A stretch of 64,000 nt of DNA, taken from contig JADJPT010000007.1 in the NCBI GenBank assembly GCA_016713125.1, positions 29,198-93,197 on the forward strand. The letters run 5' to 3'. Shown here piece after piece: positions 42,394 to 52,338 of this stretch. The DNA comes from Betaproteobacteria bacterium. GTDB lineage: Bacteria; Pseudomonadota; Gammaproteobacteria; Burkholderiales; SG8-39. Positions within the stretch are counted from its first letter, which is position 1. Each line of letters opens with the position of its first letter. The notes beneath the pieces were generated by a model. The model searched no databases, was not told the DNA's origin, and saw only the letters and a list, made by a program, of their open reading frames with translations. The translations under genes were made by a program, and so were the position numbers.

Positions 42394-45300
42394 TCAGGAC
42401 TTGAGCTGGTAACCCTTGTCGCGGAACAGGCGCAGGGGGGCGGTGCGAGGCCATCGACTCGACCACGTCGGCGATCGCCGTGATGCGCGCCTCGAGCAGG
42501 ATCTCCTCGCCTTTCAGCCCGCGCGGGTAGCCGCTGCCGTCCATGCGTTCGTGGTGCTGCAGGGCGATCTGCGCCACCGGCCAGGGGAACTCGACGTCCT
42601 TGAGCACCGCGTAGCCGGCCGCGGCGTGGGATTTGATCAGTTCGTATTCTAGCGGCGTGAGCTTTCCCGGCTTGGCCAGGATCTCGGTCGGGATGGCGGT
42701 CTTGCCCACGTCGTGCAGGTAGCCGCCGACCTTGAGGCCCTCGAGCTTGTGCGCGTCCAGACCCATCTCGGTGCCGATCGCGACGGCGATCTCCGCGACG
42801 CGCTGTTCATGGCCGGCGGTGTACGGGTCACGCATCTCGCTGAGCGTGGTGGCCAGCGCGACCGTCTGCATGAAGGCATTCTCGAGCTGCCTGGTGTAGC
42901 GGCGGATCTGTTCCTCGGCGACTTTCTTGTCGGAGATGTCCTGCAACAGGCCGATGATGCAGGGGGACTGGCGATAGGTGGCGCGCGAGACGTGTATGCC
43001 GACTTCGGTGGTCGAGCCGTCCTTGCGCAGCGCCGTGAACATGAATTCTGCGCGCTGCTGCTTGCCTGCGTTCAGCGATCGCAATGCTTCCTCTGCGCGC
43101 GCGCGGTCCTTTTCGGCGATGAACTGGAACGTCTCGAGGCCGAGCAACTCCTCTCGTCCTCGTAGCCGAGGATCTGCGCCAGGCGCGGGTTGGCATAGGC
43201 GAAACGGCGGTCCTGCGAGATGAAGGCGCCGGCGATCGATTGCCCGATCAGGGCCAGGAAGCGCTGTTCGGACTCCTGCAGCGAGACGAGCGAGGCAGCT
43301 TCGGCGGCTTCGGCGTCGAACTTGTCCAGGGCGTAGCCGATCGCGGTGGTGCGCGGCCACCGGCAGGATCCTGCGGCTGGCGGCGTCCACCAGCCCGATC
43401 CAGGCCAGGTCCATGCCGCCCAGTTCCACCACCACTTCGCAGATGCGCTTGAACAGCGACTGCTCGTCGGCACAGTGCAATACCGCCGCCTGGGCTTCGC
43501 TCAGTGCCGAATACAGCCGGGACACGCGGCGCAGGCGCAGCTCCGCGCGCTTGCGTTCGGTGATCTCGATCGCCACGCCGCGCAGCCGCGTGATGCCGCC
43601 GTCCTCGTCGCGCAGCGCCTCGCCGCGCGTCAGCATCCAGTGCATGCTGCCGTCCGTTCCCCGGAACTCGAGCTCCTCTGCGTAGGGTTCGCCGCTCTCG
43701 CGCGTGCGGGCAATGGCCGCCTCCAGGCGCGCCCAGCTTTCCGCGCCGAACAGGTCTGTCAGTGCCGCGAAGTGCGGGGCGGGCTGCGCCGGATCGAAGC
43801 CGGTCATGCGATACAGCTGCGCCGACCACCGCACCTTGCCGCTGGCCAGGTCCAGGTCCCAGTTGCCGACCTTGGCCAGGCGCTGCGCCTCCTCCAGTTC
43901 GTCGCGGCCGCGCTGCAGATCCTGCTCCAACAGGTTCTCGGCTGGGTGACGTCCGAGTGGGTGCCGATCATGCGCAGGGGTCTGCCTTCAGGGGTCGCGC
44001 TCGACCACCATGCCGCGGTCGCGGATCCACTTGTAGCTGCCGTCCTTGCAGCGCACGCGATGCACGTTGTTGTAGGTGGCGACCTTGCCGTCCAGGTAGT
44101 CCTGCACCTCGGCCAGCGTGGCCGGCAGATCCTCCGGATGCACCAGCCTCTCCCATTCGTCCAGGCTGTTGCCGATCTCGCCTTCGGTGTGGCCGAGCAT
44201 CTGCTTCCAGATGCGCGAGAAAAGCACGGTACTGCGTTCGATATCCCAGTCCCATACGCCCAGGTCCGAGCCTTCGAGCGCGAACTTCCAGCGCAGTTCG
44301 CTTTCCTTCAGCTGCGCCTCGCGGCTGCGGATGTCGGCGGTGAGTCCGGCGGCGATGCGCACGGCGAGTTCGCGCGTGCCGATCAGCGACAGCGCCAGCC
44401 AGCACATCAGCACGCTGATGGCGAAGCCGCCGGCCAGCGTGCGCCAGACCGAGGCATAACTCTGGCTGTCGCCGAGCGAATGGGCGCGGAACTCCAGCCG
44501 CCAGCGTCGGCCGTTGAAATCCAGCCTGCGCATCTCGGTCACTTCGTGCGGATGCGGTGCGGCGCGGGACGCCGCGTCACTGGCGTAGAGCAAAGCCTGC
44601 GGCGAGGCTTGCTCGCCGTCGAAGATATGCAGGTCGAGATCGACGCCCAGCGCGCCCTGCCAGTCGCCGAGAATGCCGCGCATCAGGTCGTTCATGCGGT
44701 AGGGGCTGTAGGTCCAGCCGAGCAGGGCGGCGCGGCGCTGCTCGACAGTCTGCAGCGGCATCTCCTGGCGGTACACCGGCACGTACATCAGCACCCCGGC
44801 CTGCGCCTCGCTGTCGGTTTCCTGCACCAGCCGCACCTTGCCGGAGAGCTGCGCTTGGCCGCTGTCGCGGGCACGCGCCATGGCGTCGCGCCGCACCGGT
44901 TCCGAGTACATGTCGTAGCCGAAGGCGCGCAGGTTGCGATCCTTGAACGGCTCCAGGAAGACGATGGCGGTGTAGGTGTCGCGGGCGCCTGGCGGCCGCA
45001 CCGCGTAGTCCGGGTAGCCTTCGGCGCGCACCTGCGCGATGTGCGCCTGCAGTTCCCCGGGGGCGATCAGCTGCGCGTAGCCGATGCCCTGCACACTGGC
45101 GATCCTGGGCTCCTGCAGCAGGAGGCTGACGTACTGGCGCCAGTCGTCGCGCGTGACTTTCTGCGAACCGGCGAACAGCGCGCGGGCACCGATCAGGCCA
45201 GTTCGTAGCTCTCCAGGCGCTCGCGGACTTGCAGCGCGATGTGGTCGCTGGCATGGGCGTAGCGATCCCGCGTCCTGGTCCAGGCCCTGCTTCACCCACA

Positions 45301-45418
45301 GGGTGAGCATGACGGTCACCGCCAGCCCGGCGCACAGCAGGGCCCAGGCCGGCCAGCGCCGGACCGCCCGGACGGCAGGGCCGTCGGTCGCTGCGCCGTC
45401 GGGGGCGGGATTGCTCAT
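42394..45418 (-). pseudogene. CHASE-TM-PAS-PAS-(short GAF-like)-PAS-HD-GYP signalling protein (~1000 aa), frame broken about seven times as sequenced
   Basis: Pieces appear in ORFs 43988..45418, 40793..43930 and 43072..43473. They join into one protein after single-base corrections near 45265, 45195, 43990, 43945, 43355, 43160 and 42450. HD-GYP motifs HDVGKTAIP and HHERMDGSGYPRGL are present. Confidence 0.65.
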
Positions 45419-45433
45419 GGGCTCAGGGCGTGC

Positions 45434-46882
45434 TCAGAACATCTCGAAGTACTCGCGCTGCTCCCACTCGCTGACCTCGAGGTTGAAGCGTGAGATCTCG
45501 GCGTCCTTGATGCGGCAGAAGTAGTCGACGAAGCCCGGACCCAGGGCCGCGTTCAGGCAGTCGTCGGCGCGCAGCGCCGCCAGCGCCTCGACCAGCGTGG
45601 CGGGCAGGGCCTCGGCCCGGGTCTCGTACGGCGCGTCGGCCGAGGGGCCGGGGTCGAGCTTGCGCGCCACGCCGTCCAGGCCGGCATGGATCTGCGAAGC
45701 GAAGTACAGGTAGGGGTTGGCCGCCGGTTCGCCGGCGCGGTTCTCGATGCGCGTGCCCGGATCGCCGGCGCCGCCCAGCACGCGCAGCATGGCACCGCGG
45801 TTGTCGCGCCCCCACACCGCGCGGTCCGGCGCCAGCGAGTTCGGCCGGTAGCGCTTGTAGCCGTTGATGGTCGGCGTGGACAGGGCGGCGGCGCCGCGCG
45901 CGTGCGCGAGCAGGCCGGCCAGCCAGTGCATGCCCAGCGGCGAGAGCTGCGCGGCGCCCGGCTCTGGGATGAAGGCGTTGCCGCCGTCGGCCAGCCGGCG
46001 CAGCGACTGGTGCAGGTGCCAGCCCGAGGACATCACGTTGGGCAGCTTCGGCCGGCACATGAAGGTGCCGTGGTAGCCGTGGCGGCGCAGGATCTGCTTG
46101 GCCGCGCTCCTGAACAGCACCATGGCGTCGGCCGCCGCGCAGGCGGCGAGCGGGCCGAAGGTGAACTCGAACTGGCTGGGCCCGTACTCGACCTCCAGCG
46201 TGCGCAACGGCAGTTCGAGTTGCTGGATGTGCTTCCTCAGCAGTTCGGCCACCGGCTCGATCAGGTCGTAGCGCAGCTCGGTCAGGTACTGGTAGCCGTG
46301 CGAAAGCAGCTGCACCTCGGGCGGCTCGCCCGGCTGTCCGGCGTCCTGCGGACGCATGTGCGGATCCACCACCTTGAAGACGTGGAACTCGACCTCCAGC
46401 CCGGCCAGGAACTCGTGGCCGGTGTCGGCGAGCTTCGCCGCGGCCGCGCGCAGCAGCGCGCGCGTGGCGAAAGGCACCGGCTTGCCGCTGGAGAAGTACG
46501 CATCGCACAGCACCCAGCCGGTGTTCTGCAGCCAGGGCAGCACGCGGAAGGTGGTGGGGTCGGCGACCATCAGGAAATCGGCCGCGCCCTGCATCTCGTC
46601 CATGTCGAAGCCGCCGCCGCGCGAGAAAACCGGGAAGGCGGTCTTGTGCGAAGTGTCCTTGGCCAGCAGCGTGGTGGTCAGCGTCACCCCCTCGTAGAGG
46701 GCCCTGGCCGCTTCGGCCACGGTAAGCGTCTTGCCGCGCAGGATGCCGTGCTGGTCGGGAAACGAGAAGCGCACCACCTCGATGTCGCGCGTCTGCAGTT
46801 CCTTGACCAGTTGCGCGGCGGCCGCATGCTGGGCGCCGCTCCACAGGCCGTGGCGCTCGACGAAGCGCTGCGCGGCGCTCAT
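45434..46882 (-). CDS. glutamine-synthetase-family gamma-glutamyl-amine ligase-like protein (PuuA/PauA/TdnQ-like)
   Basis: ATG at 46882, overlapping the Rieske gene stop (ATGA). 482 aa. GS catalytic-domain pattern ...LEVEYGPSQFEFTF...MSSGWHLHQSL...NRGAMLRV...RIENRAGEPAANPYL. Confidence 0.75.
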   Translation of the reverse strand: MSAAQRFVERHGLWSGAQHAAAAQLVKELQTRDIEVVRFSFPDQHGILRGKTLTVAEAARALYEGVTLTTTLLAKDTSHKTAFPVFSRGGGFDMDEMQGAADFLMVADPTTFRVLPWLQNTGWVLCDAYFSSGKPVPFATRALLRAAAAKLADTGHEFLAGLEVEFHVFKVVDPHMRPQDAGQPGEPPEVQLLSHGYQYLTELRYDLIEPVAELLRKHIQQLELPLRTLEVEYGPSQFEFTFGPLAACAAADAMVLFRSAAKQILRRHGYHGTFMCRPKLPNVMSSGWHLHQSLRRLADGGNAFIPEPGAAQLSPLGMHWLAGLLAHARGAAALSTPTINGYKRYRPNSLAPDRAVWGRDNRGAMLRVLGGAGDPGTRIENRAGEPAANPYLYFASQIHAGLDGVARKLDPGPSADAPYETRAEALPATLVEALAALRADDCLNAALGPGFVDYFCRIKDAEISRFNLEVSEWEQREYFEMF

Positions 46883-48210
46883 GCCTGCTCCGCGGCCAGG
46901 CGCGCCGCCGCCCAGGGCGACTGCCGCCTGCGCTTGAGGTCGGATTCCTGCCAGTAGTCGTTCCAGCGCCCGGTCGGGCCGATGCCGTCGATCGAGGGCG
47001 GGCCGCTCAGCGCGTCGGCGGCGGCCGCGTCGAGCACCATCAGCGGCCGCGCGCCGGACTGGTTCTTCTCGATGGCCTCGTTCAGCAGGCGGCGGTAGGC
47101 GATGATGCCCTTGTCGGTCGTGCCGAGGTGCTCGCGCGTGCGGTCCTGGATCGCGCCCTGCGACTCGATCGCCCACTGGTCGTGGACGTTGATGTCGTCG
47201 CCCATGCCGGTGTAGGTCTGCGCGCGCTGCTGCAGCGGGTCGTAGCCGTAGCCGTTGGCGCGGTTCATACGCGGCAGGTAGTCGGGCAGCGTATAGAGCT
47301 CCAGGCGCTGCTCGCGCATCTGCGCCTTGTCCACCGGGGCGCCGAAGCTGGTGAAGATCGCGTACCAGTAGCAGCGCGTGTCGTCGACCGGCACGTGCCA
47401 CTGCGAAATGGTCATCTCGGCGCTCATCGGGATGACGAAGGCCTGCGGGAACATCAGATTGGTCACGCGAACGTGCGTGTCGGCCTCGGAGAGCCTGCGC
47501 AGCGCGATCAGGCGCATGCCGTAGTCGGTCTTCTCGACGCTGATCTCCGGACGGTCGAACTCGCGCAGCACGCGCGTGATCGGCATGTCGGAGTCGGCCG
47601 AGGCGCCGCGGAACTGCTTGCCGTAGCTGCCCGAGGTGTCCTCGTCCTCGAAGAAGCGGTGCAGGTAGGAGGCGTGCGCCGGGTCGATGCCGACCTCGAG
47701 CGCCTGCAGCCAGTTGCAATCGAGGAAGCCCTTGAACGCGAAGGTGTAGGCATCGGGGGCCACGAAGCAGTCGAAGGCCGGGAAGGCCGGCGGCTCGCCT
47801 TCGCCGATGTACGCGAACAGCATGCCGCTCTTCTGCACCACCGGATAGGACTTCTGCCTGATGCGCGTGCACAGCTTGCTGCCCTCGGGCTCGGCCGGGG
47901 TCTGCAGGCAATGGCCCTGCGCGTCGAACAGCCAGCCGTGGAAGGGGCAGCGCAGTCCGCCGTCCTCCAGGCGACCGTAGGCGAGGTCTGCGCCGCGGTG
48001 CGGGCAGTCGCGGTCCAGCATGCCGTAGCGGCCGGCCTCGTCGCGGAACAGCACGAAGTCCTGGCCCATCAGGCGCACCGCGCGCACCGGGCGCGGCCCC
48101 TCGAGTTCGTCGAGCAGGGCCACCGGCTGCCAGTAGCGGCGCAGCAGACGGCCGGCGGGCGCGGCCGGGCCGACGCGCGTGATGAGCTCGTTCTGTGCGG
48201 CGGAAATCAT
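46879..48210 (-). CDS. Rieske [2Fe-2S] non-haem-iron oxygenase, alpha-only (phthalate/KshA/LigXa-like) type
   Basis: 443 aa. Rieske CPHRGADL...CPFHGW. Mononuclear iron NWLQALEVGIDPAHASYLH. No adjacent beta subunit. Confidence 0.8.
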   Translation of the reverse strand: MISAAQNELITRVGPAAPAGRLLRRYWQPVALLDELEGPRPVRAVRLMGQDFVLFRDEAGRYGMLDRDCPHRGADLAYGRLEDGGLRCPFHGWLFDAQGHCLQTPAEPEGSKLCTRIRQKSYPVVQKSGMLFAYIGEGEPPAFPAFDCFVAPDAYTFAFKGFLDCNWLQALEVGIDPAHASYLHRFFEDEDTSGSYGKQFRGASADSDMPITRVLREFDRPEISVEKTDYGMRLIALRRLSEADTHVRVTNLMFPQAFVIPMSAEMTISQWHVPVDDTRCYWYAIFTSFGAPVDKAQMREQRLELYTLPDYLPRMNRANGYGYDPLQQRAQTYTGMGDDINVHDQWAIESQGAIQDRTREHLGTTDKGIIAYRRLLNEAIEKNQSGARPLMVLDAAAADALSGPPSIDGIGPTGRWNDYWQESDLKRRRQSPWAAARLAAEQA

Positions 48211-48263
48211 GGAGTGATTCTCCTTCTGCAGACTGTGCGCGAACTGCGATCTTATCGAAGTCG

Positions 48264-48275
48264 ATTGTATACAAT
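48264..48275. promoter_or_regulatory. perfect 12-bp palindrome ATTGTATACAAT in the Rieske/pcaH divergent promoter region
   Basis: Only 94 nt separate the two divergent starts. The GT-N-AC core fits GntR/FadR-type operator architecture. AGGAGG RBS at 48291-48296. Confidence 0.5.
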
Positions 48276-48304
48276 GGCACTCGTAAACTCAGGAGGAAAT
48301 CAAC

Positions 48305-49000
48305 ATGACATCCGCATTGCGCAAGCCCGCTCCCGGCACGCACCCGAACCTGCTGCATCCGGCCTACGCCAGCACCGTGGCGCGCGCGCCCACGCAGTCG
48401 CTGCTCGCCCTGCCGCAGGGTCCGGGAGAGCTGTCCGGGCCGAGGTTCGATGCCAGCGTGCTCTACAAGAGCCACGACGATCTCACCCGGCAATGCGCCG
48501 GCGAACCGCTGGGCGAGCGCATCATCCTTTCGGGCCGCGTGCTCGACGACAACGGCGACCCGATGCCGAACACGCTGCTGGAGGTGTGGCAGTGCAATTC
48601 GGCCGGCCGCTACCACCACCACCGCGACCAGCACGACGCGCCGCTCGACCCGAACTTCACCGGCAACGGCCGCGTGCTGACCGACGCGGAGGGCCGCTAC
48701 ACCATCACCACCATCAAGCCCGGCGCCTACCCGTGGCGCAACCACCCGAACGCCTGGCGACCCGCGCACATCCACTTCTCGCTGTTCGGCACCAGCATGC
48801 TGCAGCGTCTGATCACGCAGATGTATTTCCCCGGCGACCCGCTGCTGGGTTACGACCCGATCTTCAACAGCGTGCCCTCCGAGAAGGCCCGCGAGCGTTC
48901 GATCGCCAGGTTCGACTGGAACCTGACCAAGCCCGAGTGGGCGCTGGGTTACGAGTTCAACTTCGTGCTGCGCGGCTCCGAAGCCACGCCGGCCAACTGA
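48305..49000 (+). CDS. pcaH: protocatechuate 3,4-dioxygenase beta subunit
   Basis: 231 aa. ...LLEVWQCNSAGRYHHHRDQHDAPLDPNFTGNGRVLTD...PGAYPWRNHPNAWRPAHIHFSLFG... Confidence 0.9.
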   Translation: MTSALRKPAPGTHPNLLHPAYASTVARAPTQSLLALPQGPGELSGPRFDASVLYKSHDDLTRQCAGEPLGERIILSGRVLDDNGDPMPNTLLEVWQCNSAGRYHHHRDQHDAPLDPNFTGNGRVLTDAEGRYTITTIKPGAYPWRNHPNAWRPAHIHFSLFGTSMLQRLITQMYFPGDPLLGYDPIFNSVPSEKARERSIARFDWNLTKPEWALGYEFNFVLRGSEATPAN

Positions 49001-49010
49001 GGAGCGCGCG

Positions 49011-49490
49011 ATGAGCGAGATCAACACCCCGTCGCAGACGGTCGGACCGTTCTTCCACTACGGACTCAAGTGGGAACCCGGCGAACACCTGTTTCCGGAC
49101 GCCAAGACCCCGGGTCGTCGCATCGTGCTGACCGGCACCATCACCGACGGCCAGGGCGCACCGGTGCCCGATGCCTTCCTGGAACTCTGGCAGCCCGACG
49201 GCAGCGGCAGGTTCGGCGCGCCGGTGCCCGGCTCCTGCGCCGGCTGGGGGCGCGTGTTCACCGACAACGACGGACGCTACACGGCCAACACCGTGCTGCC
49301 CGGCGCGCTGGGCAAGCAGGCGCCGCACATCCTGGTCGTGCTGTTCGCGCGCGGCCTGCTCAGGCAGCTGATCACGCGCGTGTACTTCGACGGCGAGGCG
49401 GCCAACGCGGGCGACGCGGTGCTGGCCTCGACCGGCGCGCGCGCCGCCACGCTGCTGGCCCGGCCGGAGGGCGCCGAGCGTTACGTCTAA
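49011..49490 (+). CDS. pcaG: protocatechuate 3,4-dioxygenase alpha subunit, ended by a premature in-frame TAA
   Basis: TPSQTVGPFFHYGL...FLELWQPDGSGRF... The conserved C-terminus NIVLQGKNETAFFDC-TGA continues in the same frame after the TAA at 49488-49490, to 49538. Confidence 0.8.
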   Translation: MSEINTPSQTVGPFFHYGLKWEPGEHLFPDAKTPGRRIVLTGTITDGQGAPVPDAFLELWQPDGSGRFGAPVPGSCAGWGRVFTDNDGRYTANTVLPGALGKQAPHILVVLFARGLLRQLITRVYFDGEAANAGDAVLASTGARAATLLARPEGAERYV

Positions 49491-49557
49491 AACATCGTCC
49501 TGCAGGGCAAGAACGAAACCGCATTCTTCGACTGCTGAACGCGGGCGCGATCGCGTC

Positions 49558-50904
49558 GTGAGCGGCCTGCACGCCACCTGGTGGGACGCCGAATGCGCGG
49601 CCGCGCTGTCGGATGCCGCGCTGCTCGCGGCCATGCAGCGCTACGAGGGCGCGCTGGCGCTGGCATCCGAACGCGTGGGCCTGATTCCCGCCGGCATGGG
49701 CGCGCAGATCGCGCAGGCCTGTGCCGCCGTGCAGCTCGATGTCGACGACCTGGCGCTGGCGGCGCGCGACAGCGCGGTGCTGACCGTGCCCTTCGTCAAG
49801 CAGCTCACCATGCGCGTGGCGGCGGTTTCGCCCGAGGCCGCGCGCTGGCTGCACTACGGTTCCACCAGCCAGGACGTGATCGACTCGGCGCTGTCGCTGT
49901 GCCTGCGCGAGGCCGGCGGGCGCGTGCTGGCGCTGCTCGAACGCCTGGGCGAGGCGGCGGCCGGGCTGGCTGAAACGCATGCCGGCACGCCGATGGCCGG
50001 ACGTACCCTGCTGCAGGCCGCGGTGCCGATCCCGTTCGGTTTCAAGGCCGCGGTGTGGCTGGGAATGTGCACGCGGTCACGCGCGCAGTTCGCCGGCGTC
50101 CTGCGCGCGGCCTGCGTGCTGCAGGCCGGCGGGCCGGTGGGCACGCTCTCGGCCTACGGTGGGCGCGGTGCGGACCTGGCGCGCGAACTGGGGCGCGAGC
50201 TGGAACTGCCGGTGCCGGCCACCAGCTGGCACGCTGCGCGCGACAGCTATGCGCGGCTGGGCGCGGAGGCGGCCATCCTGGCCGGCGCTGCCGGCAAGAT
50301 CGCGCGCGACGTCGCGCTGATGATGCAGCCGGAAATCGGCGAGGCTTTCGAGCCCGCGGCGGCCGGGCGCGGCGGCTCCTCGGCCATGCCGCACAAGCGC
50401 AATCCGGTGGGCTGTACGCTGGCGCTGGAAGCTGCGCAGCGCGCGCCGGGCCTGGCCGCCAGTCTGCTGGGCGGCATGGATTCGGAGCACGAACGCGGCC
50501 TGGGCCAGTGGCAGGGGCAGATGTTCGTGCTTCGCGACCTACTCGCCTCCTGCGCCAACGGCGTGGCGGCGATGGCCGAGGTGCTCGAGGGCCTGCGCGT
50601 GGAGCCGCAGGCCATGCGCGCGAACATCGACCGGCTGGGCGGCCTGGCGTTCTCCGAGGCGGTGGCCGTGGCGCTGGCGGCGAAGCTGGGCAAGGCCGAG
50701 GCGCACGCGCTGACCGAGGCGCTGTGCGCGCGCGCGGTGCGCGAGGGCATCACTTTGGAGCAGGCACTGCGCGGCGAAGCGCGCGCGCTCGACGCGCTGG
50801 GCGCCGACGCCGTGGCCGGCCTGTTCGATCCGGCCGGCTGCTTCGGCGCCGCGGCGACGATGATCGCCGCGGCCGTGCGCGACTGGCGCGCCGCGGCCGG
50901 CTGA
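49558..50904 (+). CDS. pcaB: 3-carboxy-cis,cis-muconate cycloisomerase
   Basis: 448 aa. Fumarate-lyase superfamily (YGSTSQDVIDSA, GSSAMPHKRNP). It follows pcaHG. Confidence 0.8.
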   Translation: MSGLHATWWDAECAAALSDAALLAAMQRYEGALALASERVGLIPAGMGAQIAQACAAVQLDVDDLALAARDSAVLTVPFVKQLTMRVAAVSPEAARWLHYGSTSQDVIDSALSLCLREAGGRVLALLERLGEAAAGLAETHAGTPMAGRTLLQAAVPIPFGFKAAVWLGMCTRSRAQFAGVLRAACVLQAGGPVGTLSAYGGRGADLARELGRELELPVPATSWHAARDSYARLGAEAAILAGAAGKIARDVALMMQPEIGEAFEPAAAGRGGSSAMPHKRNPVGCTLALEAAQRAPGLAASLLGGMDSEHERGLGQWQGQMFVLRDLLASCANGVAAMAEVLEGLRVEPQAMRANIDRLGGLAFSEAVAVALAAKLGKAEAHALTEALCARAVREGITLEQALRGEARALDALGADAVAGLFDPAGCFGAAATMIAAAVRDWRAAAG

Positions 50905-51030
50905 GTTCCGCGCCGGCGGTGCCGCTCGCGTTCCCGGACTTCCAGAGTTGACGCAGGGCGGGGGCTTGGGCATCCTTCGGCGGCACCCTGCGGCACCTGC
51001 GCAGGAACCGAATCCACCGAGGAGAGGAAG

Positions 51031-52237
51031 ATGAACGACGAATCCAAATTTGACCGCCGCCTGTTTCTGAAAGCCGGCGCCGCCGCAGCCGGCGTCGCGG
51101 GCTTTCCGTATATCGCGCGTGCGCAGGGCGCCAAGATCAAGGTCGGCGTGATGTTGCTCCACACGGACCTTCGCGCCGCTGGGCGTGGCGATCGAGAACG
51201 GCTTCCGCCTCGCGCTGCAGGAGGCCGGCGGCAAGTTCGCCGGCCGCGACATCGAGTTCATCAAGGTGGACGACGAATCCGACCCGCCCAAGGCCGTCGA
51301 CAACATCAACAAGCTGGTGACCCGCGACAAGGTCGACATGGTGCTGGGCACGGTGCACTCGGGCGTGGCCGCCGGCATGGTGCGCGTGACGCGCGAGTCG
51401 GGCACGCTGCACATCATTCCGAACGCGGGCTTCGCACCGGGCGCCGGCGCCCTGTGCGCGCCGAACATCTTCCGCACCTCGTTCTCCAACTGGCAGTCGG
51501 GCTATGCGATGGGCGAAGTGATGGCCAAGCGTCCGAAGGTGAACAAGGTGGTGACCCTGGCCTGGCGTTACGCCGCCGGCGAGGAATCGGTCAAGGGCTT
51601 CAAGGACGCTTTCCTCAAGGCCCAGGGCAAGAGCATCGTCAAGGAACTGTGGATCCCGTTCCCGAACATCGAGTTCCAGGCGCTGCTCACCGAGATCGCC
51701 TCGATCAAGCCGGATGCGGTGTACTCGTTCTTCGCCGGCGCCGGTGCGGCCAAGTACATCAAGGACTACGCGGCCACCGGCCTGATGAAGACCACCCCGC
51801 TGATGGGTTCGGGCTTCCTCACCGACGGCCTGCTCGAGGCGCTGGGCGGCGTGGGCGAGGGCATCGAAACCGCGCTGCACTACGGCGACGGCATCGAGAC
51901 GCCCAAGAACAAGGCGTTCCGCCTGGCCTATGCCAAGGCGTTCAAGCTGCAGCCGGACGGTTACGCGGTGGCCGGCTACGATTCCGGCAACCTGTTCCGT
52001 GCCGGCCTCGAGGCGGTCAAGGGCGACATCAGCAAGAAGAAGGAAATGATCAAGGCGATGGAAGCGGCCAAGCTGGACAGCCCGCGCGGCCCGCTGCGCC
52101 TGAATCGTGCGCACAACCCGATCCATGACCATTACCTGCGTCGCGTGACCGGCAACGAGAACAAGGTGGTCGGCGTGGCCGTCAAGGGGCTGGACGACGA
52201 CCCCATGGCGACCGCAGCCTGCAAGATGCCCGGCTGA
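51031..52237 (+). pseudogene. Liv-type ABC transporter periplasmic substrate-binding protein (Tat-like signal), one frameshift as sequenced
   Basis: MNDESKFDRRLFLKAGAAAAGVAGFPYIARAQGAKIKVGVML in frame 1. ...FAPLGVAIENGFRLALQEAGGKFAGRDIEFIKVDDE... to 52237 in frame 2. The break is within 51155-51175. Confidence 0.75.
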
Positions 52238-52288
52238 GCGGGGAGGCGCTGGCGGGGCCGTTCGCGGGCCCGCTTATTGCATCATGGT

Positions 52289-52320
52289 CTCCGGCGGCCG
52301 CGTGCCGCCGGAGTTGTTTC
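52289..52320 (+). terminator. intra-operon hairpin/attenuator after the binding-protein gene
   Basis: CTCCGGCGG-CCGCGTG-CCGCCGGAG followed by TTGTTTC. Confidence 0.45.
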
Positions 52321-52338
52321 TGAAACCCGAACCCGCGC

